A DNA stretch of 37,180 nt, taken from a virus. Every line of letters starts with the position of its first letter. Within the stretch, counting starts at the first letter, position 1. The notes under the pieces are model-generated. The model ran no database searches. It was not told the origin of the DNA and saw only the letters and a list, made by a program, of their open reading frames with translations. Positions 8,272 to 17,289 of the stretch are shown here, piece by piece. Location: positions 74,694-111,873 of the IMG/VR virus record IMGVR_UViG_3300031920_000103; one strand, given 5' to 3'. A program made the translations under genes and the position numbers.

Positions 8272-9330
8272 CTACTCTTTCTCTTCTATTGTTATGTCGA
8301 ATGCACCGATGTTTGGTGCCTCGTCTTGTATCGCGTTGTCGTCGAATGGGTGAATAGGATCGTCGGTAGCAACCTCCACAATCGTAAACGGTGGATCAAC
8401 TACCACCAAAACTTCTTGAACTCGATCAGTTAGCTCAATAACGGTATCGTCTGATACTCCCTCGAAATCTTCAAGATCCAATCCGCGAATAAGCATAGTT
8501 CCCGAGAACGATCTGACATTACTCTCGCCGATTCGACTTGTCACGTTCGGCTCGCCGCCCTCTTCTACAAAATCCACCTCGTAGCGAACGTTGCCTAGCT
8601 GCGGGTTTGCGGGGTCGCAAAGCACGTTTAGGTACCGGTTGCGGTGGAAATACTGCATTGTCGCGTGCATCAATTCCATGAGTTGAAAGGTCAACTCCGC
8701 GATCCCAATGACCTGAAATTGCAGGTCAATCGTGTATGGCTCGCGCGTTATCTTGACGCCACTAGACGACTCGGATTGCTTGTATGAGTTGGTCGAGTGA
8801 AACCGGTTGCGCACAACGTCGGGACCGACCAAGATCAAGCCCGGCATTTTGCTATCTTGTGCGATGTTGCGATAGTCGCCAGTTTCGTCGTCGTAGTCGG
8901 TGTGCGTCGTCATCGCAACGTTTGCGATCACTTGGCGCTTTAGGTCTCGGATAAGCGCGCGCACTACACGAGTAAAATCAGACTCGGCTGTTAGGTCAGG
9001 GCGCACGTAGGTGTACGCGGCAGGCTTTGTGTACTCCTCGCCCGGAATCGGAACGGCGTTGTCGTCTAGGTTTTTTATCGTAACGTCAACCGTGCCGTCG
9101 CCATTGATCGGCGCGCGGCAAATTACACGACCGCGCGAAATTACCTGCACGTTTGTGCCCTGCTCGTCGCCGAAAAATACCTGCACGGTCTCGGGCACGA
9201 TGCCGTTAGTCTTGCCTAGTGCGGCCGGGGAAGGGGGCACGCGCGCATTGTTGGTCTTGATGTCGACAATAGCGTTGCCCATTGTGATGCCCGTATTGGG
9301 CGTCAGCGTTAGTATGTATGGAACTGCCAT
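8272..9330 (-). CDS. Putative tail terminator with an N-terminal IPT/TIG (Ig-like) domain
   Basis: PYILTLTPNTG...G...V.I....VFFG....V.....V.C.AP...GTVDVTIKN...AYTY fits IPT/TIG; the C-terminal part and position before the sheath fit a terminator. Confidence 0.65.
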   Translation of the reverse strand: MAVPYILTLTPNTGITMGNAIVDIKTNNARVPPSPAALGKTNGIVPETVQVFFGDEQGTNVQVISRGRVICRAPINGDGTVDVTIKNLDDNAVPIPGEEYTKPAAYTYVRPDLTAESDFTRVVRALIRDLKRQVIANVAMTTHTDYDDETGDYRNIAQDSKMPGLILVGPDVVRNRFHSTNSYKQSESSSGVKITREPYTIDLQFQVIGIAELTFQLMELMHATMQYFHRNRYLNVLCDPANPQLGNVRYEVDFVEEGGEPNVTSRIGESNVRSFSGTMLIRGLDLEDFEGVSDDTVIELTDRVQEVLVVVDPPFTIVEVATDDPIHPFDDNAIQDEAPNIGAFDITIEEKE

Positions 9331-9944
9331 TATCCGCCGAAATCCTTGCCGAGATTTTTGCTCATGCGTGCCTGCACTCTTTTTGCGCGACCCTTGCGCA
9401 ACTTCAATTCGACCGGCCGCATAAACGGTCGCGCCGGAATTTGGATCACCATGAGGGTACCGCCACCCGCTCGCCCTCCGCTGGCTTTCTGCGCGGCCTT
9501 GCTACCCGTCTTGCGAAACATAGCCGCTAGAAGTCTGCGCATCTTTGGCGTTATTTTTATGACGATAGGACGCGACCCAAACTCGTGCACGCGCGCGATG
9601 TTCACCAAGCTCCGACCGTCTTTGCCTTTGGCGGATCGAGGTACGCCAACAAACACAGCGGCAGACCGCTTAACGACTTGCACAGAGTTGCGCAGATCGC
9701 CGGTACGGATCAGCGGTTTTGTTCCGCCAAACTTTTTGAACTTCCGCCCCTGCTTAGTCGACTTTGCGATCGGCTTAAATTTCTTGCCGCCCGGTGCGCC
9801 CTTGCGCAAACCCTGCACAATTTCTTTGCGGTATAGATGCGCCTCTTGCAATAACGTCTTGTTGATCGCGCGATCCATCTTTGCGGGGCCGGCAGCTAGG
9901 ATGCGCTTTGCAACGCCCCACTCGCCTACTTGTTTAAAGCCCAT
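9330..9944 (-). CDS. Virion morphogenesis / tail completion protein (Mu gpG / HK97 gp10-like)
   Basis: KPLIRTGDLRNS, NIARVHEFG and IPARPFMRP motifs; very basic. Confidence 0.85.
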   Translation of the reverse strand: MGFKQVGEWGVAKRILAAGPAKMDRAINKTLLQEAHLYRKEIVQGLRKGAPGGKKFKPIAKSTKQGRKFKKFGGTKPLIRTGDLRNSVQVVKRSAAVFVGVPRSAKGKDGRSLVNIARVHEFGSRPIVIKITPKMRRLLAAMFRKTGSKAAQKASGGRAGGGTLMVIQIPARPFMRPVELKLRKGRAKRVQARMSKNLGKDFGG

Positions 9945-10489
9945 TAGCTCGCCGTCCTCGTGCGTACGCCTTGCTCTCGCTCCTCGAATGACATTAGCAA
10001 AAGGTTTCGTGCTAGCCCAATACCGAAAGCCATAGGGCTAACTTGGATCGCGTATAGGCCGGGCGGGTTTGGTATCGTTTGGATCAGCTTTTTGTTGCAG
10101 TCGTAGATCGCACACAACCGATCGTTGTGGTTCAGCGTTGGTAGCCCGGTGTCGTAATCGATGAGCCCTAGACTTTCCAAATCCTTGAAATGGAAAACGC
10201 ACTCAAGTGATGCGTTTCGGTTAGCACCGGAAAAGAATTGTTGCAGATCGTTGAACTGGCGATCCTCGATTTGAGCGGGCAGGAATATCTGACGCTCGAC
10301 TCTGTGCACAACTCCGCTAGTCGATCCGGCAGACGTGTCGGTGCTATCGATGATCGCTACCGGCTCGCGGAAATCGTCATCATAGCCAGACGTGCGGGGG
10401 CCTGCGTCGCCGTCAGGATCCGCCTCTGTTGCCTCCGTGTCTAGTTGCGCTATCTCGACGACGAAAGGATCTATAAGCCGGCCGCGCAC
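9944..10489 (-). CDS. Putative head closure (stopper) protein
   Basis: Position between adaptor and morphogenesis genes; GYDDDFREP motif; coupled stop/start. Confidence 0.6.
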   Translation of the reverse strand: MRGRLIDPFVVEIAQLDTEATEADPDGDAGPRTSGYDDDFREPVAIIDSTDTSAGSTSGVVHRVERQIFLPAQIEDRQFNDLQQFFSGANRNASLECVFHFKDLESLGLIDYDTGLPTLNHNDRLCAIYDCNKKLIQTIPNPPGLYAIQVSPMAFGIGLARNLLLMSFEEREQGVRTRTAS

Positions 10490-10492
10490 GAC

Positions 10493-11623
10493 CTAAGCGG
10501 CCCCCATTGCGGGCGGGCGTAGATACCCGATCAGAATGTTATCGATAGTTGGATCACCGGATAGGTAGCCCGCAGACGCTACGTGCGCGCCGCCGCCGCT
10601 ACCGGCGATCGGGCTCAGCTTGTAACTCTGGTCTCGCGTCGTTTCTGATAGCAAGCGCCAGCGCTTTTGTGCGTCTTCGCGCTTGTCGGTGTCGGTCAGC
10701 TTGTACAACTCGCGCATAACGAGCAACGCGGTAGCGTGCTCAAGCGCGCGAGGCGTGCGCCCGTATAGCGTGCCGTTTGCGTCGGTGTACCCGAACACGC
10801 CAGAGACTCGCATGTTTTGTGCGCCCATCGGAAATTTCAAATGGTCGTGCCCGTGCGCGCTCGTGTCGGAACTAATGAAAGATGCGGTCGCGAAAATGTC
10901 GCCGCGACCCGCCACAAATTCGACTTTTGGATTGTTGCGATCGTCGGGCGACATTAGCCCGCGCGAGATATGCCGGTTGTAGACTCGGTACGATTCCGGA
11001 TCTAGCAACGACTCGTCGCCGTCTTGCGGAGATGCCCCCGCAGCTATCTCGCCGATATAGATTATCGGGTGGTCGAGCAAAATCTTTTTGCCGCCGCGAC
11101 CGTCAACAAACAGGTCGAGCCAACGCGGCTCAAAATGTCGTTTAGTCCAGCCCTCTACCATGCGGCTAGCGAGGCCGATGCGATCTAGCAAACGCGCGTC
11201 GCTAGCGTCAGCCGCCGTTACGCCCTCGTCTCGCAGCTTGGCAATGCTGACGTAGTACGGTGCGATCGGATCCTCGATTACTCCAACGCCCAACACCTCA
11301 AAGCGCACAGTCGTCGTGTGCTCCACTGTGTCGGTCGCCAGTAGCTTCCAATAGAACTTGATCGTGTGTGCTCCTAGCGGCTCGGTAGCGGGCACTAGGT
11401 GGCGCACAGCGTAGCGCCCCGCGCCTAGTCGATCACCCGTTGGGCAATCGGCAACGTCGATAGCATCGCGAGCGGGTTGCGAGGCGTTTGTAGGGTTCCC
11501 GTCCGCGTCGAAAATCTCGTACTCGACAACCTCGCAGTCGACAACGAAACCGCCCACAACGGTAAACACTTCCAAGATCGGAAGTGTGCAGCCTAGCGAG
11601 TGTGAGCGTTCAACGTATTTCAT
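10493..11623 (-). CDS. Head-tail adaptor/connector with an N-terminal beta-rich extra domain
   Basis: Y.SIAKLRDEG...IGLASRMVEGWT.R.F...VDGRG...GVFGY...P.ALEHATALLV is a connector-like pattern; ~120 aa beta-rich N-terminal extension. Confidence 0.7.
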   Translation of the reverse strand: MKYVERSHSLGCTLPILEVFTVVGGFVVDCEVVEYEIFDADGNPTNASQPARDAIDVADCPTGDRLGAGRYAVRHLVPATEPLGAHTIKFYWKLLATDTVEHTTTVRFEVLGVGVIEDPIAPYYVSIAKLRDEGVTAADASDARLLDRIGLASRMVEGWTKRHFEPRWLDLFVDGRGGKKILLDHPIIYIGEIAAGASPQDGDESLLDPESYRVYNRHISRGLMSPDDRNNPKVEFVAGRGDIFATASFISSDTSAHGHDHLKFPMGAQNMRVSGVFGYTDANGTLYGRTPRALEHATALLVMRELYKLTDTDKREDAQKRWRLLSETTRDQSYKLSPIAGSGGGAHVASAGYLSGDPTIDNILIGYLRPPAMGAA

Positions 11624-11640
11624 TGGTGCATCCTAACAAG

Positions 11641-11671
11641 ACAAAAGCCGCCCATATAGGACGGCCTTTGT
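11641..11671 (-). terminator. Putative intrinsic terminator after the capsid genes
   Basis: Minus strand ACAAAGGCCGTCC-TATAT-GGGCGGCTTTTGT followed by CTTGTT. Confidence 0.55.
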
Positions 11672-11704
11672 AGGGTACCGAGAGGCTGTTAAAGCCCAGC
11701 GGGT

Positions 11705-12082
11705 TTACTCCGACCGTCGTGTGCGTCGCGCGCGCTTCGCGGGTTTATCTTCGTCCACCGGCTCGGCCGATGGTAGTGACGCGGAGGTCAGGGTTTTGTC
11801 GAGTGCCGCGTCGATCGGGTCAGAGGCTTTCGCCTTTTCTTCGAGCTTTTTGGTCTCAACTTTTTCGAGGTTGCGTGCGTCGGCTTCCGTCATCACGTCA
11901 AAAGCCAAAGGCGATTCGAGATCGTTTTGGTCTTGGTGTACAGAGGAAATAACCGCTGCGGTCGCATCGTCGACACGATACCAGCCTTTCGTAGCGTCAA
12001 ATTTGATGCCTCGGTAATTGAGGATGCGTACAAGGTGTCCGCGTCTTTTGTTGTACGGTTTGATCCGTGCGAGCATTGTCAT
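11705..12082 (-). CDS. Hypothetical head-associated protein
   Basis: ATG 12082 (MTMLARIKPYN) after GGGAAGG; basic C-terminal tail, typical of small genes between capsid and adaptor. Confidence 0.7.
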   Translation of the reverse strand: MTMLARIKPYNKRRGHLVRILNYRGIKFDATKGWYRVDDATAAVISSVHQDQNDLESPLAFDVMTEADARNLEKVETKKLEEKAKASDPIDAALDKTLTSASLPSAEPVDEDKPAKRARRTRRSE

Positions 12083-12130
12083 AGTTTTTGCGCCTTCCCG
12101 TCGTGGTTTTGGTTCGCCGTGTAATAACAC

Positions 12131-12172
12131 ACCCGGCCCCTAGTAGGGTTCGCCGCCCACTAGAGGCCGGGT
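12131..12172. other. Intergenic GC-rich stem-loop
   Basis: ACCCGGCC-C-CTAGT ... ACTAG-A-GGCCGGGT inverted repeat; no U-tract. Confidence 0.5.
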
Positions 12173-12191
12173 ATGGTAGACCTGTTGCCGG

Positions 12192-12509
12192 CTACTCGCA
12201 GATACAGAGTAGATTGTAGGTGATCGCGGACTGGTCGCCGGGGGCGACTTCGAGGCCGGTAGAGCCTACGATAACCTTGAGCTTGTCGTTTGCTGCGTCG
12301 TAGACCGGGGCGTGCAGCCCGCAATCTTGGGGGACGACGGCAAGGATCGTCAGGTTGCCACGGCCGATCGCAGCCGACAGGCTAGCGGCAAAGCCGGGCG
12401 TGCCACCGGTCGGGTATGCGGCGTCGCCAAGAAAGGAGACGAGCTTGCAAATGACATTGCTGCCGTCTTGCCCGTTCTCGTTTACGGAAGTGATAATTGC
12501 TAGAGCCAT
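12192..12509 (-). CDS. Putative capsid decoration protein
   Basis: 105 aa directly after the capsid gene; Y.TGG and YD..NDKLKV motifs; strong AGGAG RBS. Confidence 0.65.
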   Translation of the reverse strand: MALAIITSVNENGQDGSNVICKLVSFLGDAAYPTGGTPGFAASLSAAIGRGNLTILAVVPQDCGLHAPVYDAANDKLKVIVGSTGLEVAPGDQSAITYNLLCICE

Positions 12510-12596
12510 GATAATTTCTCCTGAAAAATAGTAGCGGTGTGTGGTGAAAAGCCAGCCCCCTTAGAGGCCGGCAACAACTAGCGTAGCGGTCAGCTA

Positions 12597-13541
12597 CTAG
12601 CTGACCCTAACGCCGGTCGTCTTCACGACAGCATCCTCTTGCTGGTACTTGAAATCGAACCGCATCGTCGCGACGATCAGCAAGACGCCCTCGGAAACCA
12701 ACTTGTCGGTGTCGATTTTGATCTTGCGCCAAACACCAACGTTGATGTTTTTCGGGTCGGTCAAAATGATGTTGGTCTCGTTGGTACCACCGCCGAGATT
12801 TTCCGGGAAGAGCGGAACGTCAACAAGCGGGATTCCGCTGTAACGAGGATCGTGATCGTTCTCAAGCGCGGTGTCTCCGAGCGTAGTAGAGCGGTCAGAA
12901 ACGAGATCTTGGTAGTCGATCCGAGCGTCGACAGACGTGATGTACTTCATCGCCGTCTTGTTGCGTAGGTACTCGCTCGGCATGGTCTTGAGCATGTTGC
13001 GCAAGAATGTCTTGTTGATGGTAGCGGTGCCACCAAGAACAATGTTTGACGTAGCGGCTTTGAGCATACCGTCAAACTGAGCGAGGAAAGGATCTGCGGA
13101 AGCGGTGTCGCCGTTAACGATCACCTCGTCCATATCGCGAGCGATGCTCTCGGACATAAGCTGCATGACCGTGTTGCGAAGTTGATCGCGCTCGATCGAA
13201 TCTTCGAGAACTTCGTCAGAGAGTCGGACCTCTGCTTTGAATAGCTTTGCGTCAAGCTCGACCTTGGATAGATCGGGCTTGCTGCGATCGGCTTTCGGCA
13301 ACGCGGTTGCCTCTGCGCCGGCGCGCAAAATGCGGCTACCAAAACGGATTTTCTCAAGCAATTGCTTGGGCGACTTCATAGGGGTGACGGTTGCCATCCC
13401 CATCACGACGGATTCCTTGATCAGAATCCGGATGAATCGCTGCGCCTGTGCAGGCTGTAGAACGCCGCCGTCGCTGGTCAGCTCCCCTAGCGCCAAGTCG
13501 GCTTTTTCTAAAATTGATCGGTTGTTTGTAACTTGCGACAT
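12597..13541 (-). CDS. Major capsid protein (HK97 fold, XkdG-like)
   Basis: ILEKAD...[42 protein letters not shown] and MRFDF.Y..EDAVV motifs; GGAG RBS. Confidence 0.93.
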   Translation of the reverse strand: MSQVTNNRSILEKADLALGELTSDGGVLQPAQAQRFIRILIKESVVMGMATVTPMKSPKQLLEKIRFGSRILRAGAEATALPKADRSKPDLSKVELDAKLFKAEVRLSDEVLEDSIERDQLRNTVMQLMSESIARDMDEVIVNGDTASADPFLAQFDGMLKAATSNIVLGGTATINKTFLRNMLKTMPSEYLRNKTAMKYITSVDARIDYQDLVSDRSTTLGDTALENDHDPRYSGIPLVDVPLFPENLGGGTNETNIILTDPKNINVGVWRKIKIDTDKLVSEGVLLIVATMRFDFKYQQEDAVVKTTGVRVS

Positions 13542-13594
13542 GGTGTTTCTCTGCTCCGTGGTTTGGTGTTATTCGATTCCGTCCGCGACAAGGG

Positions 13595-14830
13595 CTACTC
13601 GTCTACGGTGAACCAATAGCCTTCGGGCGATTCCGCCTTACTGATTGGTTTGTTCATATCGGCGGGCCATGAAACGTTCTGCGTTTCTGGCGCGGCTATT
13701 GTCGGGCTACCCTCATCGGTGCTCGAATTCGGAAGATCGAAAGTTTTTTTGAGCCGCATGATCTCGACGTTCGCTTTTGCGAGTGCGTCGGTTGTTTCGG
13801 TCAGCAACTCTGTCGCCATCACCTCGCCCTTGGCAACAACTGCGGGGGCGTCGGTCTCTGGTTTCTCTGGTTTCTCTGGTTTCTCTGGATCGGCTGCGGG
13901 TGCGGCCTTGTCAGTTTTTGCGCGACGCTCTGCGGCGTCGGCAACAAGTGAGTCGAACTCTTCGGGGGCAATTTCTGCGAGCAAGTCGATCAGGTCAGTT
14001 GCGATCGAACGCAATTTGGTGAGTCGGTCGCCGGCCATTTTGCGGCCTGCCTTGCTCATGGGCTTGATCACTTGCGCGGCTTTCGCCAACGCCGCAAGCG
14101 TGTCGTCGCTCTTGTCGACTGCGGCGGGCTCGCGGCCCCAAGATTTTTTCGCGGGGGTCGGGTCGGCTGTGGGCTCGCTCTTTGCGGCGGGCTCGGGCTC
14201 TACGGTGTAGCGCTCGATCAGACCTGACACGAGGCGGGCAACCGCCATCAATTCTTTGGTGACAACATCGGGCACGCCGTCGTCGCTTTTCTCGACGCCC
14301 TCTGCGCCCTCAACAACTCCGACAAGAGCTACAAGGCGCTCAAGGGATTCGGTTGCCATGCGTACGGTCTGCGCTTTGTCGACTGGCGCGATTCCTTTTT
14401 TTGCCTCGTCGTCAACAGCGCTGTACTTTTCAGAAACAGTAAAGAGAATGTCGCGAGCTACCGATAGCTCTTTTGAGATCTCGGCGGGTATACCCTCTGC
14501 GGTCGAGTCGTCGTCTTCTGCCTTGATCAACTCGGATGCCTTGGTAACAAGTGCTAGTGCTTTCGTTGCGACTGACAAGATCTCGGTCTTGTCGTCGTTC
14601 TGAATCGAAAGAGAAGCACCTTTGCCAGTGTCGACGATCGTTGTGAGTTTGCCGCTCTCATCTTCGACGACTTCTGCACCCGTAGTTTTGTCTGACATAT
14701 CTGCGCCTCTTTTTAGCATCAAAAATTTTTGTTTGTTTGCAGCGCGATCGACTAGAGAAACCTCCTGCACGAGTATGTCGTGCAAACGGTTTACGTCTGG
14801 TCCGTCGATCTTTCCGATTGCGTCACTCAT
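13595..14830 (-). CDS. Scaffold-like head protein with an N-terminal protease-strand motif (EVSLVDRAAN)
   Basis: Acidic, helical, low complexity; directly upstream of the capsid gene; possible internal start at ATG 14698 with AGAGG RBS; TTG 14842 is an alternative start. Confidence 0.75.
   Translation of the reverse strand: MSDAIGKIDGPDVNRLHDILVQEVSLVDRAANKQKFLMLKRGADMSDKTTGAEVVEDESGKLTTIVDTGKGASLSIQNDDKTEILSVATKALALVTKASELIKAEDDDSTAEGIPAEISKELSVARDILFTVSEKYSAVDDEAKKGIAPVDKAQTVRMATESLERLVALVGVVEGAEGVEKSDDGVPDVVTKELMAVARLVSGLIERYTVEPEPAAKSEPTADPTPAKKSWGREPAAVDKSDDTLAALAKAAQVIKPMSKAGRKMAGDRLTKLRSIATDLIDLLAEIAPEEFDSLVADAAERRAKTDKAAPAADPEKPEKPEKPETDAPAVVAKGEVMATELLTETTDALAKANVEIMRLKKTFDLPNSSTDEGSPTIAAPETQNVSWPADMNKPISKAESPEGYWFTVDE
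13855..13888. repeat. 9-bp coding tandem repeat (PEK linker)
   Basis: TCTCTGGTT, three full copies plus a partial copy. Confidence 0.85.
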
Positions 14831-14875
14831 TCTGCTAGTCAAGTCTCTGAGCTTTTCGGCCCGTTGTCAATCGCG

Positions 14876-14904
14876 ACTCTATACGCGAGCGCAAAGAGTT
14901 ACAA
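14876..14904 (-). promoter_or_regulatory. Putative promoter between protease and scaffold genes
   Basis: TTGTAA-17 bp-TAGAGT on the minus strand. Confidence 0.55.
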
Positions 14905-14917
14905 CAATCGATGCGAC

Positions 14918-16435
14918 TCAGTTTGCTGAAAACTCGGGACGTTCGGGCACGCGTACTGCACTACCGCCAATCGAGAACCCGGTCAGCCCGCCCTCTTTGA
15001 CCTCTCCCCAAAGGTCGTCGTCGAGTACGCGCACGGCCAAAAGCCACGTGCCTTTTTTGACGGCAATACCGCCCATCGCGAAATCTTCGGGCGCAAGATA
15101 GCTCTCCAAAATCTTGACCTGATCGTTCACAACTTTGTTGTGCATCAGTCCAATGTTCTGAAATTGCTCCATGAATCTATGCGCGGACTGCCTGACCTCT
15201 TCCGCAGAATAGATATCGTCTTGCGCGTCGATCACCTCTGGCTCAAGCACGATGCCGAGAACAAAGCGCTCCTCGACTTCGCCGGCAGCGGGCATGATTG
15301 TTTTTGTGATCGCGTGCTCGACGACCTCCGGATCATGCGCGGGCTCTGCCGCCACCTCTGCCGCCACCTCTGCCGCCACCTCTGCCGCCACCTTGTCAAC
15401 TATGGCCAAAAAAGAAACGTTCTTAGCCTTGGCTACTGCGCCAGAATAGACCCAAATAATTTCCTCGTCGCCGTCGATCAGAAACGGCGTGCTTACTTTG
15501 GCGAGAGCTTGTGCGCTCTCGGGTGTGTTGCGTACGCCTAAGAGAAAATCGTTTGCAACCTTTGCAACCGCGTCGACTAGATCGGCAACGTCTGCATTTT
15601 CGCGCGAGTCAGTCACTACGATCGCAACGTCCTTTTCGATGTCGTCTGCGCAGTCTGCGATCGTGTCGCTCCACGTGTCGTCGCCGTCAGGTGGTGAAAC
15701 GATCGCAAAGTCTTTTGTGTCGCCAAGCACTATGTCGATGCGCTTGCGTACTTTTGGTCGCGGCTTTGCGTCGACCTCTGCGCACTCTGCGGGCGGATCG
15801 TACAGATATGTTTTTGTAACGACCCGGCATAGGTCGCCGTTGACTAGCCGGATATTGTCCTCGGTGAAAAACTTAGACGTGAGCAAAGCTGCGTGCGACT
15901 TTGCGATTTCGTCTCCCTCTTTTTCCCAGTACCGATGATCCTTGCTAATTACACGCGCGAGAGATTCGGGCAGCATCGATTCGCCCTCGACCAAGCTAGC
16001 CTCGAAACCGGGTTGCAGGATCGCCGGTAGTAAACTTTTGGTCAGCGTAACGTCGCAAATTTCACCAACGCGCTCGATCCGTAGGATGCCCGCTAGCTTG
16101 TCGCCCTTTACGAAAAACTCTCGGTACGCTTGCGCGTCGGTCTCGTACAGTACGCCGGTCTCGATCGTCATAGAAGCGGCGACCGCCGCTTTGATCTTCT
16201 TGATGTCGCGATCTACTCGCTTGGCTAGAACGCCCTGACGCAACGAGTGCGAACAACGATCGCCGTCAGCGTTGAAAGTCTCGACCGCCTTTGCGACTCC
16301 GATCGACTCGGTGCCGTCACGCGAAAGCGACAAATCCCAGACATCGAGAGAGTCGTGGGATTCGATAACTAGCGACGCCGTGCGGGCAGCGTCATCGGCC
16401 ATGACAAGCGCGGCCTTTTTTGGTTCGGTTGGCAT
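14918..16435 (-). CDS. Prohead maturation protease, XkdF-type C-terminal domain with a long N-terminal extension
   Basis: ERFVLGIVLEPEVIDAQDDIYSAEEVRQSAHRFM, GLMH, ILESYLAP, KKGTWLL, LWGEVKEG.LTGFSIGG. Confidence 0.88.
   Translation of the reverse strand: MPTEPKKAALVMADDAARTASLVIESHDSLDVWDLSLSRDGTESIGVAKAVETFNADGDRCSHSLRQGVLAKRVDRDIKKIKAAVAASMTIETGVLYETDAQAYREFFVKGDKLAGILRIERVGEICDVTLTKSLLPAILQPGFEASLVEGESMLPESLARVISKDHRYWEKEGDEIAKSHAALLTSKFFTEDNIRLVNGDLCRVVTKTYLYDPPAECAEVDAKPRPKVRKRIDIVLGDTKDFAIVSPPDGDDTWSDTIADCADDIEKDVAIVVTDSRENADVADLVDAVAKVANDFLLGVRNTPESAQALAKVSTPFLIDGDEEIIWVYSGAVAKAKNVSFLAIVDKVAAEVAAEVAAEVAAEPAHDPEVVEHAITKTIMPAAGEVEERFVLGIVLEPEVIDAQDDIYSAEEVRQSAHRFMEQFQNIGLMHNKVVNDQVKILESYLAPEDFAMGGIAVKKGTWLLAVRVLDDDLWGEVKEGGLTGFSIGGSAVRVPERPEFSAN
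15344..15391. repeat. 12-bp coding tandem repeat x4 (VAAE linker before the protease domain)
   Basis: CTCTGCCGCCAC, four exact copies. Confidence 0.9.
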
Positions 16436-16497
16436 GGTGTCCCGTCGTTAAAGTCGAACGGAAAAGCGGCCACCCGCATGGATGGTCGCGATCCGGC

Positions 16498-17286
16498 TTA
16501 CTCGGCTGCGGCTTCGGCGGCGGGCTCTTTTGGAGAGTCAAAGCCCCACTCGGGCGCGTCGGGCGCGTCGTCGGCGTCAACCGATTTCGCCATATCGAGC
16601 GGCCAAACGTCGGAGTCGGCAGACTTGGCAACGGTGTCTTTGTCGTCGTCGTCAGCCTTATCCACTGCGCTAGCGTCTGGTACTGCGTCGTCAGCGGGTG
16701 CTGCGCCAGTCTCGCCTGTCGGGGCGTCGTCAGCGGGTGCGGCGTCGTCAGCGGGTGCGGCGTCTGCGGCCGGTGCTGCGTCGTCAGCGGGTGCTGCGTC
16801 TGCGGCCGGTGCTGTGTCGTCATCCTCGCCGCCATCAGCTACCGGTGCTGACTTTGTGACAAGCGGCAACGGCAACGAAAAGCTGCGTGCTGCGTTGTCA
16901 CCCTTGAAAAGAATTTGCGCAACGTCGAGCGCGGTGCGGAGTGAGTCAAGCGCGTTGCCCTCGATCCCGTCTTCTGCGGCCTTGGCAATTTCGCCGGCGG
17001 CGTACGTCTCGAATTCGGCTTTGTTCATGGTGCGGTAATCCGCAACATGATCGCCGCTTGCGACAAGCAAAAGCGCGGATGCGCTCTTGAGAAGATCGCG
17101 CACGTCGTCAACGCTCTTGCCGTCTTGCAGTCCGCAAAAAGCGTCCCACATTCTTTGGCCGGCAACGTCGACTAGCAACGGTGCGGAATCGGATTTCTCG
17201 GTCCCTACAACTGCGGCCAGAGCTTGCGCAACGGGGCTATCACTGTCGAGGGTACGGAGAGCTTCTGAGATTGTGTTTAGGCTCAT
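16498..17286 (-). CDS. Acidic head-module protein with PAAD(D)AA repeats (second scaffold or core-like)
   Basis: 262 aa; Ala/Asp/Pro repeats at ~16680-16830; C-terminal WPLDMAK motif shared with the scaffold. Confidence 0.75.
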   Translation of the reverse strand: MSLNTISEALRTLDSDSPVAQALAAVVGTEKSDSAPLLVDVAGQRMWDAFCGLQDGKSVDDVRDLLKSASALLLVASGDHVADYRTMNKAEFETYAAGEIAKAAEDGIEGNALDSLRTALDVAQILFKGDNAARSFSLPLPLVTKSAPVADGGEDDDTAPAADAAPADDAAPAADAAPADDAAPADDAPTGETGAAPADDAVPDASAVDKADDDDKDTVAKSADSDVWPLDMAKSVDADDAPDAPEWGFDSPKEPAAEAAAE

Positions 17287-17289
17287 GAC

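Noticed and set aside
14842-14920. Stop-codon readthrough joining protease and scaffold (same frame)
   Set aside because: Three in-frame stops (TGA, TAG, TGA) and a promoter-like sequence lie between them.
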